A DNA stretch of 64,000 nt from an uncultured Gammaproteobacteria bacterium (GCA_963729605.1 CAVSNY010000002.1:96001-160000); one strand, 5' to 3'; positions 1 to 12,210 are shown, numbered from the stretch's first letter. Program-made: numbers and translations. The notes: generated by a model not told the origin, from the letters alone.

Positions 1-7
1 CGATAAA

Positions 8-46
8 AATTAAGCGCGCGCCGCCCGCCGCGGCGCGCGCTTAATT
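8..46. terminator. GC-rich hairpin with AT flanks, possible bidirectional terminator
   Basis: AATTAAGCGCGCGCCGC...GCGGCGCGCGCTTAATT inverted repeat. Confidence 0.45.
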
Positions 47-73
47 AAGCCGATTGACATGATGAACTAAGTT

Positions 74-159
74 CCCCTCTCCTTCTTAGGGGCAGGATCG
101 GGGTGGAGGTAGAACGCTATTTCACCCCCATCCCGATCTTCTCCCGAAAAGGGGACGAG
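74..159. repeat. Inverted pair of degenerate BoxC-like palindromic repeats
   Basis: CCCCTCTCC..GGGGCAGGATCGGGGTGGAGG (74-110) and an inverted copy (123-159); similar to the copies at 11020 and 39037. Confidence 0.5.
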
Positions 160-225
160 CTGTTCGCTTCATCTCTGCAATTGCCGGGTTAATTAAGTGA
201 ATGGGTGAGTGACGGACACGGCCGG

Positions 226-618
226 TCAGTGACGGGAACCGTCATGCGCGCCGGTCCCGCGCAGCAGGCGGGGGATGAGCGAACTGAAACCTCGGCGGTG
301 GCGATAGGCGCGCGGCGAACAGCCGGCGGCGCGTTTGAAGGCGCGGGAAAACACCTCCGGATTGCTGAAGCCCACTTCATAGCCGATGAGTTTCACGCTC
401 TTGGGCGACCCCAGCAATAATTGTTTGGCCTTTTCAAAACGCCGCCACAGCAAATAATCATGGAGGCGCATCCCCACCTCGATCTTGAAACGCCGGCTCA
501 AATAATCGGGATGCACGCCCAGTTGCGCGGCCAAGCCCGCCAAACCCACCGGCTCGGCATAATGACTGTCGATGTACACCCGCGCTTTGGCGATCTTGGT
601 ATTCATCGGACTCCTCAT
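226..618 (-). CDS. AraC-family regulator consisting of the DNA-binding domain only
   Basis: LAAQLGVHPDYLSRRFK and IGYEVGFSNPEVFSRAFKRAAGCSPRAYR are the two AraC HTH motifs; start may be 606. Confidence 0.85.
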   Translation of the reverse strand: MRSPMNTKIAKARVYIDSHYAEPVGLAGLAAQLGVHPDYLSRRFKIEVGMRLHDYLLWRRFEKAKQLLLGSPKSVKLIGYEVGFSNPEVFSRAFKRAAGCSPRAYRHRRGFSSLIPRLLRGTGAHDGSRH

Positions 619-814
619 GTGAGTCGGTGCGCGGGGCGGCGGGTGTCTGCCGGTGAAGGCCGAAGGAAGGGCGGACCAGGTTGGCGCTAAGGGCCGCGGC
701 GGCGCGCTAAGCTTTCTCTATAGGCGAGGACCGCCGTGATGTCAATTCGCGCGGCGGCACTTTGGAGAAAAGACGGTTTGAGTCCGTAAAAATCCGGATT
801 GCAATTCGCCGCGG

Positions 815-1387
815 CTAACCCTTGATCTGCAGCAAAATCGCGTTGATGTTGTTATTGAGCAGGCGGGTGCGGATCTTGTTCACCTCGCGCGGATCGGTAT
901 ACGGGCCCACCCGCACCCGGTGCCAGGTGTCGTTGTCGGCACCGCTGACGGTTTCGATGCGCGATTCCACGCCCAGCAGCGCCAGCTGCGCCTTGAGACT
1001 GTCCGCCTCGGGGTAGGCGCGGAAGGAACCCACTTGCAGCAGATAGACGGCGGGCTTGTCGGTGGAAGGAGAGGTGCGCCCGCCCTTGGGCGCGTCGGGT
1101 ACCACCACTTCCATCTCGGGCAGAATGGTATAGAAATCGAAACGCGGTTTGGTCGCCTGTTCATCCTTGCCATCGGTTTTTGCGGCCGGTGATTTTTTTT
1201 CCGCGGGCGCCGCCGGGGCGGGCGGCGCGTCCGCCGCCGGCCCCGGCGCGCCGGGGGCGCGCCCTTGCAGATAAAAATAGGCGGCGACCGACAGGCCGAT
1301 CAGAAGACCGATCACCAGCCACAGCCAGCCCGGTACCGGCGTGCTGGCTGTGGTTTTTTTGCGGCGCTTCTGCGAAGCCTGGGGCAT
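815..1387 (-). CDS. SPOR-domain cell division protein (FtsN-like)
   Basis: N-terminal TM, FDFYTILPE motif, C-terminal YLLQVGSF...WHRVRVGPY SPOR domain; downstream of argS. Confidence 0.88.
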   Translation of the reverse strand: MPQASQKRRKKTTASTPVPGWLWLVIGLLIGLSVAAYFYLQGRAPGAPGPAADAPPAPAAPAEKKSPAAKTDGKDEQATKPRFDFYTILPEMEVVVPDAPKGGRTSPSTDKPAVYLLQVGSFRAYPEADSLKAQLALLGVESRIETVSGADNDTWHRVRVGPYTDPREVNKIRTRLLNNNINAILLQIKG

Positions 1388-1390
1388 GAA

Positions 1391-3151
1391 TTACATACTC
1401 TCCGGCGCCGACACGCCGAGCAGGGCGAGGCCGTTGCGGATCACCTGGCGCGTCGCCTCGATGAGATTGAGACGGGCGTCGCGCAGCTCCGCCGAGTCCA
1501 CCAGAAATTGGTGGGAGTTGTAATAGGTGTGAAACTCGTAGGCGACTTCGCGCAAATAATGGGCGACCAGATGCGGCTCGTGGCTGAGCGCGGCGGTCTC
1601 CACCACTTCCGGATAACGCGACAGTGTAATCAGCAGCGACTGTTCGTGTTCTTCGTGCAGGAGATGCAGATTGGCCGTGCCGCGCGCGGTGTCGCGCGCG
1701 AGATTCTTTTCGCTCAATTGCCGCAGCACGCTGCACACCCGGGCGTGGGCGTACTGGATGTAATACACCGGGTTGTCCGCCGACTGGGACTTGGCCAGGT
1801 CGAGGTCGAAGTCCATGTGCTGTTCGCACTTGCGGGTCACGTAAAAGAAACGCGCCGCGTCGTTGCCGACTTCCTGGCGCAGTTCGCGCAGGGTGACGAA
1901 TTCGCCGGAGCGGGTGGACATCTGCATGCGTTCGCCGCCTTTGTACAAGATGGCGAATTGCACCAGCAACACATCGAGTTTGGCCGGGTCGTCGCCCATG
2001 GCCTGCAAGGCGGCTTTGACGCGCGGCACGTAGCCGTGGTGGTCGGCGCCCCACACGTCGATGACGCGCGCGTAGCCGCGCTCCAGCTTGTCCATGTGAT
2101 AGGCGATGTCCGAAGCAAAATAAGTGGTCTGACCGTTGTCGCGCACCAGCACCCGGTCTTTTTCATCGCCGAAAGCGGTGGCGCGGAACCACAGCGCGCC
2201 GTCTTTTTCATAGGCGTGGCCGCTGGCCTTGAGCCGTTGCAGCGCGCGTTCCACCGCGCCGCTCTCGGTGAGCGAACGTTCCGAGTACCACAGATCGTAA
2301 GTGACGCCGAACTCCTGCAAATCCTGGCGGATGTCGGCGAGCACGATGTGCAAACCCGCGTCGAACACCGTGCGGTAATCGTCGGCGCCGAGCAGTTGCC
2401 GCGCGCGCGCGATCAGGGCGTCGATGTGCTGTTCCTTGTCGCCGCCCGCCGGCTCGTCGGGCGGAATGCCGTTCATCACCTGCGCGGCGTCGCGCCGGAA
2501 TTTGTCGCCGTGAATCTGCCGCAGCGAGGCGGCGATATCGCGCACGTAGCCGCCTTTGTAGCCGTTGATGGGGAAGGTGAAACGCTCGCCCAGCGCTTCC
2601 AGATAACGCAGCCACACGCTGGCGGCGAGGATGTCCATCTGGCGGCCGGCGTCGTTGACGTAGTATTCGCGGTGGACGCGGAAGCCGGCTGCGGCTAGCA
2701 GATTGGCCACCGCCGCGCCGTAGGCCGCGCCGCGGCCGTGACCGACGTGCAGCGGTCCGGTGGGATTGGCGGAGACGAATTCCACCTGCACCGCGAGTTG
2801 ATTACCCGCCGTGCCGCGGCCGTAGGCGTCGCCCGCCCGCAAAATCTCGCCGACGGTCTTTTGATACGCGTCGGACGGCAAGAAGAAATTGATGAAGCCC
2901 GGCCCGGCGATCTCCACCTTGCTCACCAGATTCGAGGGCGGCAGCGCCGCGACGATGGCCTCGGCCAGCTCGCGCGGTTTGCGCTTGAGGGCCTTGGCGA
3001 GGCCCATGGCCACCGCGCTGGCGAAGTCGCCGTGCTGGCGGTCGCGGGCGCGTTCCACTTTGGCGGTGACGCTTTCCGTGGCGGGGAGCGTGCCGTCGGC
3101 CTGCAACTGGGCAAGGGCCTGGGCGAGTAGGGACTCGAGGTGATTTTTCAT
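1391..3151 (-). CDS. argS: Arginine--tRNA ligase
   Basis: [20 protein letters not shown] (HIGH), [22 protein letters not shown]. Confidence 0.98.
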   Translation of the reverse strand: MKNHLESLLAQALAQLQADGTLPATESVTAKVERARDRQHGDFASAVAMGLAKALKRKPRELAEAIVAALPPSNLVSKVEIAGPGFINFFLPSDAYQKTVGEILRAGDAYGRGTAGNQLAVQVEFVSANPTGPLHVGHGRGAAYGAAVANLLAAAGFRVHREYYVNDAGRQMDILAASVWLRYLEALGERFTFPINGYKGGYVRDIAASLRQIHGDKFRRDAAQVMNGIPPDEPAGGDKEQHIDALIARARQLLGADDYRTVFDAGLHIVLADIRQDLQEFGVTYDLWYSERSLTESGAVERALQRLKASGHAYEKDGALWFRATAFGDEKDRVLVRDNGQTTYFASDIAYHMDKLERGYARVIDVWGADHHGYVPRVKAALQAMGDDPAKLDVLLVQFAILYKGGERMQMSTRSGEFVTLRELRQEVGNDAARFFYVTRKCEQHMDFDLDLAKSQSADNPVYYIQYAHARVCSVLRQLSEKNLARDTARGTANLHLLHEEHEQSLLITLSRYPEVVETAALSHEPHLVAHYLREVAYEFHTYYNSHQFLVDSAELRDARLNLIEATRQVIRNGLALLGVSAPESM

Positions 3152-3347
3152 GCTGGTTACCGCGTTGGAATTCTCAAAGGGAGGCGGGTGGTTTATCGCT
3201 GCGCGTATTATCCGGGGTCCGGGCCCGCTTGCAAAGGGCGAGGCGCGGGTATCCCTTATCGAAGGAAAAATTTCATAGGGCTGCCCCCCTTTCCCGCGAG
3301 CGGGGAGCGCGCGGCGCGGGGGCGCGGCCGTCAGGGTGCATACAGCG

Positions 3348-5570
3348 TCAAGTCAAGTCCATCGGATCGACGTCGATGGACCAGCGCACCTTGCGCGCCA
3401 GCGGCAGAGCGCCGAGTTGCGGCAGCCAGGCGTCGAGCAGGCGGTGCAATTCCGTCCGCGCTTCGGCTTGCAGCAAGAGTTGGGCACGGTAACGGCCGGC
3501 GCGCCGTTCCATCGGCGCCGGCACCGGGCCGAGCAGTTCGACCCCGCGATGCCCGATGTGATGGGCCAAGGCCGCCGCCTCGGTCAAAAAATCCCGCGGC
3601 AATTCCGCGGCGGTGGCCTCGGCCCGCAACAGCGCCATATGGCTGTAAGGCGGCAGGCAGGCCTCGCGCCGCTCCGCCAAGGCGGCCGCGGCGAAACGCG
3701 CGTAACCCTGGGTGATCAAGGTGTGCAGCAGGGGATGATCCGGGTGATGGGTTTGTATCACCACCTCGCCGGCGTGTTCGGCGCGGCCGGCGCGGCCCGC
3801 CACTTGGACGATGAGCTGGGCGAGGGTTTCGCTGGCGCGGAAGTCGACGCTGAACAAGCCCTGATCGGCGTCCAAGATGGCGGCGAGGGTGACTTTGGGC
3901 AGGTGATGGCCTTTGGCCAGCATCTGGGTGCCGATCAAAATGGCGTGTTCGCCGCGCAGCGCCTCGGCCAACAATTGTTGCAGGCTGCCTTTGCGGCGGG
4001 TGCTGTCGCGGTCGATGCGGGCGATGGAGCAGTCGGGGAAACGGGCGCGCAACACTTCTTCGACCCGCTCGGTGCCGTGGCCGAGCGGCCGCAATTCTTC
4101 GCTGCTGCACGCGGGGCAATAAGCCTCGGCCTTTTGTTCGCCGCCGCAGTGATGGCAGCGCAGGCGGCGCTGGGCCTGGTGATAAATCAGATGGGCATCG
4201 CAGCGCTGGCAGCGCGCGACCCAGCCGCAATCGTGGCAAAGCAGCGTCGGCGCGTAGCCGCGCCGGTTCAAGAACAACAGTACTTGATGGCCGCGCGCCA
4301 CATGTTCCGCCAGCATTTTCAACAAAGGATCGGATAGCGCGCCGTTCAATTTTTTGTGGCGGACGTCCATGGTGCGGATGCGCGGCGGACGGGCCTCGCC
4401 GGCGCGCTCCGGCAGGTGCAGGCTTTGATAACGGTCGCGCTCCACGTTGTACAGCGTTTCCAGCGACGGCGTGGCCGAGCCGAGTACGATGGGCACGCCG
4501 AGCCGGTTCGCGCGCCACACCGCGACGTCGCGGGCGTGATAACGAAAGCCGTCCTGCTGTTTGAAAGAGAGGTCGTGTTCTTCGTCGATGATGATCAGCC
4601 CGGCCTTGGGCAGCGGCGTGAAGACCGCCGAGCGCGTGCCGATGATCACCTTGGCTTCACCCGTCGCGGCGGCGGCCCAGGCCTGCAAGCGCTGCCGGTC
4701 GGTCAGCGCCGAGTGCAGCACCACCATGGGATGGGCCAGCCGCGCCGCGAAGCGCGCCAGCAATTGCGGGGTGAGGCCGATCTCCGGCACCAGCACCAGC
4801 GCCTGCGCGCCGGCCGCCGCCACCCGGTCGATGAGTTCCAGATACACCTCGGTCTTGCCGCTGCCGGTAACGCCTTCCAATACGAAGGGGGTGAATTGAT
4901 CCAGCGCGGCGCAGACCCGGTTCACGGCGGCGCTCTGCGTGGCGTTGAGATCGAGGCTTGAGGTGGGCTCCGTTCCCGCGTGCTGGAAGAGGGGCGGCGC
5001 GGCGTAGTGTTCCACCCAGCCTTTCGCCAGCAGCGCGCGCAGCGCGGCGCGCGCGGTGTCGCCTTGTTCGGCGAGTTGCTCGGCGTTGGTGCCGCCGTTG
5101 GGTTGTTGCTGCAGCCAGCGCAACAGCGCCGCCTGGCGTGGCGCCCGTGACAAGTGCGCCGCGTCCGCCGCGTGTCCCGCCGGCGTCAGTCGCCAGTGCG
5201 GGTCGTTGCCTTCTTCGGGACTTTTGCCCTGCCGCAATAAAGTGGGCAGCAGCGCGCTGAACACCTCGCCGATGGGGTGGTGATAATAGTGCGCGGCCCA
5301 GTGCCCCAGCGCGAGTAGGTCCGCACCGATCACCGGTCGAGTATCGAGCAGCTGTGAAGCCGGCCGCAGGCGGCGGACCTCCACCCGGCTTTCCCCGCTC
5401 ATCCCCAACAACACCCCGGTGACCTGGCCGCGCCCGAAAGGGACCTTCAGCCGCATCCCCGCTTGCAGGGTGGCGGGGTCGCAGGCGCGCGGCGGCAGAT
5501 AATCGAAGCTGCCGTAAAGCGGGGTCGGGACGGCGATTTGCAGGATGGTGGGCGGGGCCGCGGCTGGCAT
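3348..5570 (-). CDS. priA: Primosomal protein N' (replication restart helicase)
   Basis: [16 protein letters not shown], four CxxC zinc pairs, [23 protein letters not shown]. Confidence 0.98.
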   Translation of the reverse strand: MPAAAPPTILQIAVPTPLYGSFDYLPPRACDPATLQAGMRLKVPFGRGQVTGVLLGMSGESRVEVRRLRPASQLLDTRPVIGADLLALGHWAAHYYHHPIGEVFSALLPTLLRQGKSPEEGNDPHWRLTPAGHAADAAHLSRAPRQAALLRWLQQQPNGGTNAEQLAEQGDTARAALRALLAKGWVEHYAAPPLFQHAGTEPTSSLDLNATQSAAVNRVCAALDQFTPFVLEGVTGSGKTEVYLELIDRVAAAGAQALVLVPEIGLTPQLLARFAARLAHPMVVLHSALTDRQRLQAWAAAATGEAKVIIGTRSAVFTPLPKAGLIIIDEEHDLSFKQQDGFRYHARDVAVWRANRLGVPIVLGSATPSLETLYNVERDRYQSLHLPERAGEARPPRIRTMDVRHKKLNGALSDPLLKMLAEHVARGHQVLLFLNRRGYAPTLLCHDCGWVARCQRCDAHLIYHQAQRRLRCHHCGGEQKAEAYCPACSSEELRPLGHGTERVEEVLRARFPDCSIARIDRDSTRRKGSLQQLLAEALRGEHAILIGTQMLAKGHHLPKVTLAAILDADQGLFSVDFRASETLAQLIVQVAGRAGRAEHAGEVVIQTHHPDHPLLHTLITQGYARFAAAALAERREACLPPYSHMALLRAEATAAELPRDFLTEAAALAHHIGHRGVELLGPVPAPMERRAGRYRAQLLLQAEARTELHRLLDAWLPQLGALPLARKVRWSIDVDPMDLT

Positions 5571-5692
5571 GGCGCTACTCTATCAAGTCTCGAAATAATC
5601 CGAAGTGACAATAGCTCTCAGTTAGCGCCGCGGATTAAACCGCGACGTAACCAAATCTCCGTAACTCATTCAATGGGCAAGGGGTCTATCCC

Positions 5693-5904
5693 TTATCCAC
5701 AAAAGCTGTGGATAACTTTGTGGAAGAAGTGGGATCAATCGCCGTGAGCCCGCGAATTTATTGGACTTGTGACAGATTGGTGACAAATTCGCCTCATTGT
5801 TAATTTTATAAAAAACAATAACTTAAATTATTCTTGACTTGCGCCGGCAGTTTGTTGGCGCTTTGCGGGCGGCCGCCTCGGGCTGGAATCGTCGTTGTGT
5901 ATAA
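5693..5904. promoter_or_regulatory. DnaA-box cluster (DARS-like) with IHF-like site and AT-rich tract
   Basis: TTATCCACA 5693-5701 (+), TGTGGATAA 5707-5715, degenerate TGTGGAAGA 5719-5727, TGTGTATAA 5896-5904; AAACAATAACTTA 5813-5825 resembles the IHF consensus. Confidence 0.72.
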
Positions 5905-5988
5905 GCAAGTTTAAATGGGGAGCTCGGCGCTGCGATTTAATGGCCTTTATATATAGAGAATCGCGTCCCCCGGCCCCTCTTTTAGGGC

Positions 5989-6414
5989 TCAAAAAGGCCT
6001 TACTACCACCAAGATCGTGATCACGATAAGGATCAATACCGGCAACTCGTTGAGCCAGCGGAAGAACACATGGCCGCGGCGGTTGCGGTCGTGTTTGAAG
6101 TCCAGCAGCAGCTTGCCGCAATAGACGTGATAGACGGCCAGTAACGCGACCAGCGTCAGTTTGGCGTGCAGCCAGCCGTTGTGGGAATAGGCCTCCCAGG
6201 CGTAATCCACCAGCAGCCACACGCCCAGCGCGATGGTCAGCACCGCGCCGGGGGTCATGATGCCGTAGAAGAGTTTGCGCTCCATCACCTTGAAGCGTTC
6301 CCGGCCCAGCGCGTCGTCCGCCATGGCGTGATAGACGAACAACCGCGGCAGATAAAACAGACCGGCGAACCAGGTCACCATGAAAATGATGTGAAAGGCC
6401 TTGACCCAAAGCAT
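5989..6414 (-). CDS. hemJ: Protoporphyrinogen oxidase HemJ
   Basis: LWVKAFHIIFMVTWFAGLFYLPRLFVYH, WLHAKL, FRWLNELP. Confidence 0.92.
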   Translation of the reverse strand: MLWVKAFHIIFMVTWFAGLFYLPRLFVYHAMADDALGRERFKVMERKLFYGIMTPGAVLTIALGVWLLVDYAWEAYSHNGWLHAKLTLVALLAVYHVYCGKLLLDFKHDRNRRGHVFFRWLNELPVLILIVITILVVVRPF

Positions 6415-6592
6415 GTGTTGTTCCCGTGTGAGTGGCGCCGCCGGAATCAGCGGGCCGATGAATGATGCGCGCCACTATGCCAAAATTTTCCGCAAAGGAC
6501 CACGCCACGCCGCGACTCTCTTTGGCGAGGGACGGCCGCGGAGGGTAACATCGCCGGCATGAAAAGGCGGACGGGTTAGCGATGGGGGCGGC

Positions 6593-7024
6593 GTGATCGA
6601 GCAGTTGTCCGGCGAGGCCGGCTGGTGGGCGTTATTCGTCAGCGCCTTTATCTCGTCCACGTTATTGCCCGGCGGTTCCGAGGCCTTGTTGCTGTGGCTC
6701 GCCTCGCAGCAGCCGCAGGACAAATGGCTGTTGCTGGCGGTCGCCGGCGCCGGCAATACCCTGGGCGGCATGAGCTCGTGGGCCATCGGTCGTTTCATCG
6801 CCTGGCGTTTTCCGGCGCGGGGTCTGCGCGGCGACAAGGAGCAGCGCGCGCTGGCGCGGGTGCGCCGTTGGGGCAGTCCGTTGCTGCTGTTGTCGTGGCT
6901 GCCGCTGGTGGGCGATCCTTTGTGCGTGGCGGCGGGCTGGCTGAAGCTGCGCTGGTGGCCGGCCCTGATTTTCATCGCCCTGGGCAAAGTCGGGCGCTAC
7001 GCCGTGTTATTGATATTCACCTAA
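6593..7024 (+). CDS. yqaA: YqaA/DedA-family membrane protein
   Basis: FISSTLLPGGSE, GNTLGG, LLSWLPLVGDPLCVAAGWLK. Confidence 0.85.
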   Translation: MIEQLSGEAGWWALFVSAFISSTLLPGGSEALLLWLASQQPQDKWLLLAVAGAGNTLGGMSSWAIGRFIAWRFPARGLRGDKEQRALARVRRWGSPLLLLSWLPLVGDPLCVAAGWLKLRWWPALIFIALGKVGRYAVLLIFT

Positions 7025-7113
7025 GCCGGGGACGCGAATGACGCGCCCGCGCCATGTTACAATCCGCCTCCCTTGTGTTGGACGCGCCTCGACGGCGCCA
7101 TCGCCCGAAATCC

Positions 7114-10100
7114 ATGACTGCACACAGCGCCAGCCGTATCCGCGAGATTCCCTATAACTACACGTCGTTCTCCGACCGGGAGATCGTCAAGCGTTATCTC
7201 GGCCCGGACATGTGGGACGTGCTCAACGAGTTGCGCGGCACGCGGCGCACCGGCCGTTCGGCGCAGATGCTGTTCGAGGTGCTCGGCGACATGTGGGTGG
7301 TGGCGCGTAATCCCTATATTCAAGACGACCTCTTGGAAAATCCCCAGCGGCTCACCTCGCTGTCGGTGACCCTGCATCAGCGCCTCGATCAAATCGTCAC
7401 GCGCGCGGACAATAATCCCTTGGCGCTGCAATTGGTCGAGCGCGCCCGCGCGGCGGTGCGTGAGTTCGAGGGCTGGTTTCCCGAACAGCGTAGTCTGCGG
7501 CAACGCGCGCTGCGCCGGTTCGGCAAAGTCACCCGGCGCGACAACATCAGCTTCGACGGCCTGGCCCGCGTCTCGCACGTCACCGACGCCACCGACTGGC
7601 GCGTCGAGTTTCCCTTCGTGGTGCTGCATCCCGACAGCGAAGAAGAAATGGCGCCGCTGGTGGCGGCTTGCATCGAATTGGGCCTGACCATCATTCCCCG
7701 CGGCGGCGGCACCGGTTACACCGGCAGCGCCGTGCCGCTGTTCGCCGACACCGCGGTGATCAACACCGAAAAGCTGGAAGGCTTGGGCAAGGTCGAGCGG
7801 CGCATCCTGCCCGGCTTGAGCGAGCCGGTGCCCACCGTGCGCGCCGAGTGCGGCGTGGTCACCAAGCGGGTGGCGGAAGTGGCGGAGGCCAACGGCCTGG
7901 TGTTCGCCGTCGATCCGACTTCGATGGACGCCTCCACCATCGGCGGCAACGTCGCCATGAACGCCGGCGGCAAAAAGGCCGTGTTGTGGGGCACCGCGGT
8001 GGACAATCTGGTGTCGTGGCGCATGGTCACGCCGGACGCCGAGTGGCTGGAGATCGAGCGGCTCAACCACAACCTCGGCAAGATCCACGAGCAGGAAACC
8101 GTGGAGTTCCGCCTCACCCGGTATCGTCCCGACGGCAAGACCCGCAGCGGCGAGCCGGAAATCCTGCGCATGCCCGGCCGAGTTTTCCGCAAGCAAGGCC
8201 TCGGCAAAGACGTCACCGACAAATTTCTCGGCGGCCTGCCCGGCGTGCAAAAAGAAGGCTGCGACGGTTTGATCACCTCGGCGGTGTTCGTGCTGCACCG
8301 CATGCCGAGCTGCACGCGCACCGTGTGCCTGGAATTCTTCGGCAACGACATGCGCCGCGCGGTCTCCGCCATCGTCGAAATCAAGGATTACCTCGACGCC
8401 AATCCCAAGGCGGTACTGTCGGGCATGGAGCATCTCGACGAACGTTATCTGCGCGCCGTGAAATACAGCACCAAGGCGCCGCGCCGCGAGCGGCCGAAAA
8501 TGGTGTTGCTGGTCGATGTCTCCGGCGACGACGATCACGCGGTGGCCGAGGCCGCCTCGCAGGTGGTGCGCTTTGCCAATGCCCGCGAGGCGGAAGGCTT
8601 CGTCGCGATCAGCCCCGAGGCGCGCCGCCGCTTCTGGGTCGACCGCGCGCGCACCGCCGCCATCGCCGCCCACACCAACGCCTTCAAGATCAACGAAGAC
8701 GTGGTGATCCCGCTCGACCGCCTCGCCGATTACAGCGTGGGCATCGAACGCATCAACATCGAACAGTCGATTTCCAACAAGCTGCGCCTGCTCGACGCGG
8801 TGGAAGCGTATCTCGCCGGCGAATTGCCGGAAGTGCGGCAAGTCGCCGAATACGAGGCCAGCGCCGAAGACAGCGCCATCGTCGCCGCCAAGCAGCAGGC
8901 CGCCCGCGATCATCTCGCCGCGGTGCGCACCCGCTGGTCCACTTATCTCACGCGGATGGATGAAACCGCCGCGCAGCACCAAAACCTGCTCAGCGACGAA
9001 TTGCGCGCGGGTCTGCAGGCGGGCGACACCTTGTTGTCGCTGCTGCTGCACCGCGCCTTGCGGGTGTCTTATCGCGCCGAGGTGGAGCGGCCGCTCAAGG
9101 AGATCTTCGGCGGCCAGGCCTTCGAGCGGGTGCGCGGCCGCCTCGATGAAATTCATGCCGGGATCCGTTCCAGCCGCTTGTTCGTCGCGCTGCACATGCA
9201 CGCCGGCGACGGCAACGTGCACACCAACATCCCGGTCAACTCCAACGACTACGAAATGCTGCAAGAGGCGGAGCGGATCGTCGACCGGGTGATGGCGCTG
9301 TCGCTGTCGCTCAACGGGGTGATCTCCGGCGAACACGGCATCGGCATCACCAAGATTCAATACCTCGCGCCGAGCGACATCGCCGCCTTCGCCGGCTACA
9401 AACAAAAAATCGATCCCGAAGGCCGCTTCAACCGCGGCAAGCTGCTGGCGGGCGCCGATCTCACGAATGCCTACACTCCTTCGCTGCGGCTGGTGCAGCA
9501 AGAGGCGCTGCTGCTGGAACAGAGCGAGCTGGGCGCGCTCAACGACGACATCCGCCACTGCCTGCGTTGCGGCAAATGCAAACCGGTGTGCAATACGCAT
9601 GTGCCGCGCGCCAATCTGCTTTATTCGCCGCGCAACAAAATCCTCGCCACCGGTCTGATGATCGAGGCCTTCCTGTACGAGGAGCAGACCCGCCGCGGCA
9701 TCTCGATCCGCCACTTCGACGAGATGAACGACGTCGCCGATCACTGCACCGTCTGCCACAAATGCTTGAACCCCTGCCCGGTGGACATCGACTTCGGCGA
9801 CGTGTCGATCCGCATGCGCAAGATTCTCAAAGACCGCGGCCAGCGCCACACCAACGTCGGCGCCTGGGCCTCGATGGCCTTTCTCAACGTCACCGATCCC
9901 TCGACCATCAAGCTGATGCGCAAGGGCATGATCGAATGGGGCTACGCCGCGCAGCGCACCGCCCACGGCGTCGCCAAGAAATTGCACCTGCTGGGCGGCG
10001 CGCAGGAACGCCCCGCCGCCACCACCGGCAAGCCGCCGCTCCGCGCGCAGGTGGTGCAGTTCATGAAAAAGCCGTTGCCCAATAAACTGCCGGCGCAGAC

Positions 10101-10974
10101 CATGCGCGCCTTGTTGGGCGTGGAGGACAGCAAGACCATTCCGGTGCTGCGTGATCCCGCCAAAGTCACCGAAGACAGCGACGCGGTGTTTTATTTCCCC
10201 GGCTGCGGTTCCGAGCGGCTGTTCAGCCAGATCGGCCTCGCGACGCTGGCGAGTTTATACGAGGTCGGCGCGCAGACCGTGTTGCCGCCGGGTTATCTGT
10301 GCTGCGGTTATCCGCAGACCTCCGGCGGCGACGCGGCCAAAGGCCAGCAGATCACCACCGAGAACCGCGTGTTGTTCCACCGCGTCGCCAACGCGCTCAG
10401 TTACCTCGACATCAAGACCGTGATCGTCTCCTGCGGCACCTGCATGGATCAATTGCTGAAATACGAATTCCAGCAGATATTCCCCGACTGCCGGTTGCTC
10501 GACATCCACGAATACCTGATGGAAAAGGGCGTCAGCCTGGAAGGCGTCAGCGGCGTGCGTTACATGTACCACGACCCCTGCCACTCGCCGATGAAGACCC
10601 ACAACCCGGTCAGCGTCGCGTCGAAATTATTGGGCGGCGCCGAAGTGAAACTCTCCGACCGCTGCTGCGGCGAGGCCGGCACCTTCGCGGTGGCGCGACC
10701 CGACATCGCCAGCCAGGTGCGCTTCCGCAAGGAAGAAGAGCTCAAAAAAGGCATCGAGCAACTCACCGGCCAACCGATCGCGCAGGACGGCAACGTCAAA
10801 ATGCTCACCTCCTGTCCCGCCTGCCAGCAGGGCCTCTCGCGTTACCGCGACGATACCGGTCTCGACACCGACTACATCGTGGTCGAACTGGTCAATCAAT
10901 GGCTGGGCGACGGCTGGCAGCAACGCTTCATCGACCGCACCAAACAGGGCGGGGTCGAGCGGGTGTTGTTGTAA
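7114..10974 (+). CDS. Large FAD-linked oxidase / Fe-S / CCG-domain oxidoreductase (DUF3683 family)
   Basis: [19 protein letters not shown]-terminus, [13 protein letters not shown] loop, [28 protein letters not shown] motifs; ATG at 7114 preferred over TTG/ATG at 7054. Confidence 0.88.
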   Translation: MTAHSASRIREIPYNYTSFSDREIVKRYLGPDMWDVLNELRGTRRTGRSAQMLFEVLGDMWVVARNPYIQDDLLENPQRLTSLSVTLHQRLDQIVTRADNNPLALQLVERARAAVREFEGWFPEQRSLRQRALRRFGKVTRRDNISFDGLARVSHVTDATDWRVEFPFVVLHPDSEEEMAPLVAACIELGLTIIPRGGGTGYTGSAVPLFADTAVINTEKLEGLGKVERRILPGLSEPVPTVRAECGVVTKRVAEVAEANGLVFAVDPTSMDASTIGGNVAMNAGGKKAVLWGTAVDNLVSWRMVTPDAEWLEIERLNHNLGKIHEQETVEFRLTRYRPDGKTRSGEPEILRMPGRVFRKQGLGKDVTDKFLGGLPGVQKEGCDGLITSAVFVLHRMPSCTRTVCLEFFGNDMRRAVSAIVEIKDYLDANPKAVLSGMEHLDERYLRAVKYSTKAPRRERPKMVLLVDVSGDDDHAVAEAASQVVRFANAREAEGFVAISPEARRRFWVDRARTAAIAAHTNAFKINEDVVIPLDRLADYSVGIERINIEQSISNKLRLLDAVEAYLAGELPEVRQVAEYEASAEDSAIVAAKQQAARDHLAAVRTRWSTYLTRMDETAAQHQNLLSDELRAGLQAGDTLLSLLLHRALRVSYRAEVERPLKEIFGGQAFERVRGRLDEIHAGIRSSRLFVALHMHAGDGNVHTNIPVNSNDYEMLQEAERIVDRVMALSLSLNGVISGEHGIGITKIQYLAPSDIAAFAGYKQKIDPEGRFNRGKLLAGADLTNAYTPSLRLVQQEALLLEQSELGALNDDIRHCLRCGKCKPVCNTHVPRANLLYSPRNKILATGLMIEAFLYEEQTRRGISIRHFDEMNDVADHCTVCHKCLNPCPVDIDFGDVSIRMRKILKDRGQRHTNVGAWASMAFLNVTDPSTIKLMRKGMIEWGYAAQRTAHGVAKKLHLLGGAQERPAATTGKPPLRAQVVQFMKKPLPNKLPAQTMRALLGVEDSKTIPVLRDPAKVTEDSDAVFYFPGCGSERLFSQIGLATLASLYEVGAQTVLPPGYLCCGYPQTSGGDAAKGQQITTENRVLFHRVANALSYLDIKTVIVSCGTCMDQLLKYEFQQIFPDCRLLDIHEYLMEKGVSLEGVSGVRYMYHDPCHSPMKTHNPVSVASKLLGGAEVKLSDRCCGEAGTFAVARPDIASQVRFRKEEELKKGIEQLTGQPIAQDGNVKMLTSCPACQQGLSRYRDDTGLDTDYIVVELVNQWLGDGWQQRFIDRTKQGGVERVLL

Positions 10975-11019
10975 GCGGCAAGCGCGGCCGTTTTCGGGTC
11001 CCACCGCGTCCGCCATCAG

Positions 11020-11053
11020 CCCCTCTCCCCAGGGAGAGGGCAGGGGTGAGGGG
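11020..11053. repeat. BoxC-like palindromic repeat
   Basis: CCCCTCTCCCCAGGGAGAGGGCAGGGGTGAGGGG. Confidence 0.7.
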
Positions 11054-11170
11054 ATTATTCGACCACCCCCTTTCCCGCTCTGACACCCCGCCCCGGTAAT
11101 CAGTTGCAGCCGCTCGTCCAAGAAATTCGCGGTCGGCTGCTCGCCGGTCTGCCGGCGTCGCCCGCCGCGG

Positions 11171-11371
11171 TCAGCGCCGGAACAACCAAAACAACAGCGT
11201 CAGCACCAGACTGATGATGATGGACGTGACGATGGGGAAGTAGAAGCTGAAGTTTTCCTTTTCCACCACGATGTCGCCGGGCAAGCGGCCCAGCCCCAGT
11301 TTTTGAAACAGCGGCCAGAGCAGGCCGAGCACGACCAGGATGATCCCGACGATGATGAGTAGTTTGGCCAT
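11171..11371 (-). CDS. DUF2905-family small membrane protein
   Basis: LGLGRLPGDIVVEKENFSFYFPIVTSIIIS. Confidence 0.85.
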   Translation of the reverse strand: MAKLLIIVGIILVVLGLLWPLFQKLGLGRLPGDIVVEKENFSFYFPIVTSIIISLVLTLLFWLFRR

Positions 11372-11553
11372 GGAGGCGCCCTTCATTGTCCGGCGCTGAT
11401 TCTGTGTCGAGTGGTCGGCGGATTTACGAAGCCGCTCCCGTCGACCGGGACCGAACGACCTGGGCGCCGTGGGCAGGTCGCGTCGGCCATTTTAAATCCA
11501 TTCATCCGGCTGGGCATGGCGGCGCCTTTTGTTGGGTTGACGCCGCCCGGCGC

Positions 11554-12210
11554 TCAGGTGAGGGTGCGCACGCCCTGCGCGGTGCCGAGGAGTAACACGT
11601 CGGCGGGACGCAGCGCGAAGATGCCGTTGGTGACCACGCCGGGGATGTTGTTGAGCTCGCTTTCCAGTTTCGCCGCTTCCATGATTTGCAGGTTGCGCAC
11701 GTCGAGGATGATGTTGCCGTTGTCGGTGATGAAACCCTCCCGCAATATCGGTTGCCCGCCCATTTTGACGATTTGGCGCGCGACGTAGCTGCGGGCCATG
11801 GGGATGACTTCGATGGGCAGCGGAAAGCTGCCGAGGATGTCCACCAGTTTGGTTTCATCGGCGATGCAGACGAAGCGTTTGGCCACCGCCGCCACGATCT
11901 TTTCGCGGGTCAATGCGCCGCCGCCGCCTTTGATGAGTTGCAGATGGCGATTGGCTTCGTCGGCGCCGTCCACGTAGAGGGCCATGTCGTCCACGGTGTT
12001 GAGGCTGAGCACCGCGATGCCGTGTTTCTTCAATCGCTCGGCGGAGGCGACCGAGCTGGCCACGGTGCCTTCGATTTTATGTTTGACGGTCGCCAGGGCG
12101 TCGATGAAATGATTGGCGGTGGAACCGGTGCCGATGCCGATGATGGTGCCCGCTTGCACGTAGTCCAAGGCCGCTTCCGCCGCCGCCTTTTTGAGTGCGT
12201 CCTGAGACAT
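11554..12210 (-). CDS. rpiA: Ribose-5-phosphate isomerase A
   Basis: [27 protein letters not shown]. Confidence 0.98.
   Translation of the reverse strand: MSQDALKKAAAEAALDYVQAGTIIGIGTGSTANHFIDALATVKHKIEGTVASSVASAERLKKHGIAVLSLNTVDDMALYVDGADEANRHLQLIKGGGGALTREKIVAAVAKRFVCIADETKLVDILGSFPLPIEVIPMARSYVARQIVKMGGQPILREGFITDNGNIILDVRNLQIMEAAKLESELNNIPGVVTNGIFALRPADVLLLGTAQGVRTLT

Noticed and set aside
5640-5960. oriC call for the DnaA-box region
   Set aside because: Few boxes, no dnaA/gidA/rpmH context and no GATC enrichment. It is reported as DARS-like instead; oriC cannot be excluded without genome skew data.
7057-9987. 976-aa antisense ORF, and similar long ORFs at 1265-2698, 32002-33762, 57253-59766 and 28593-30233
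   Set aside because: Shadow frames opposite well-supported genes; expected from high-GC codon bias and lacking recognisable motifs.
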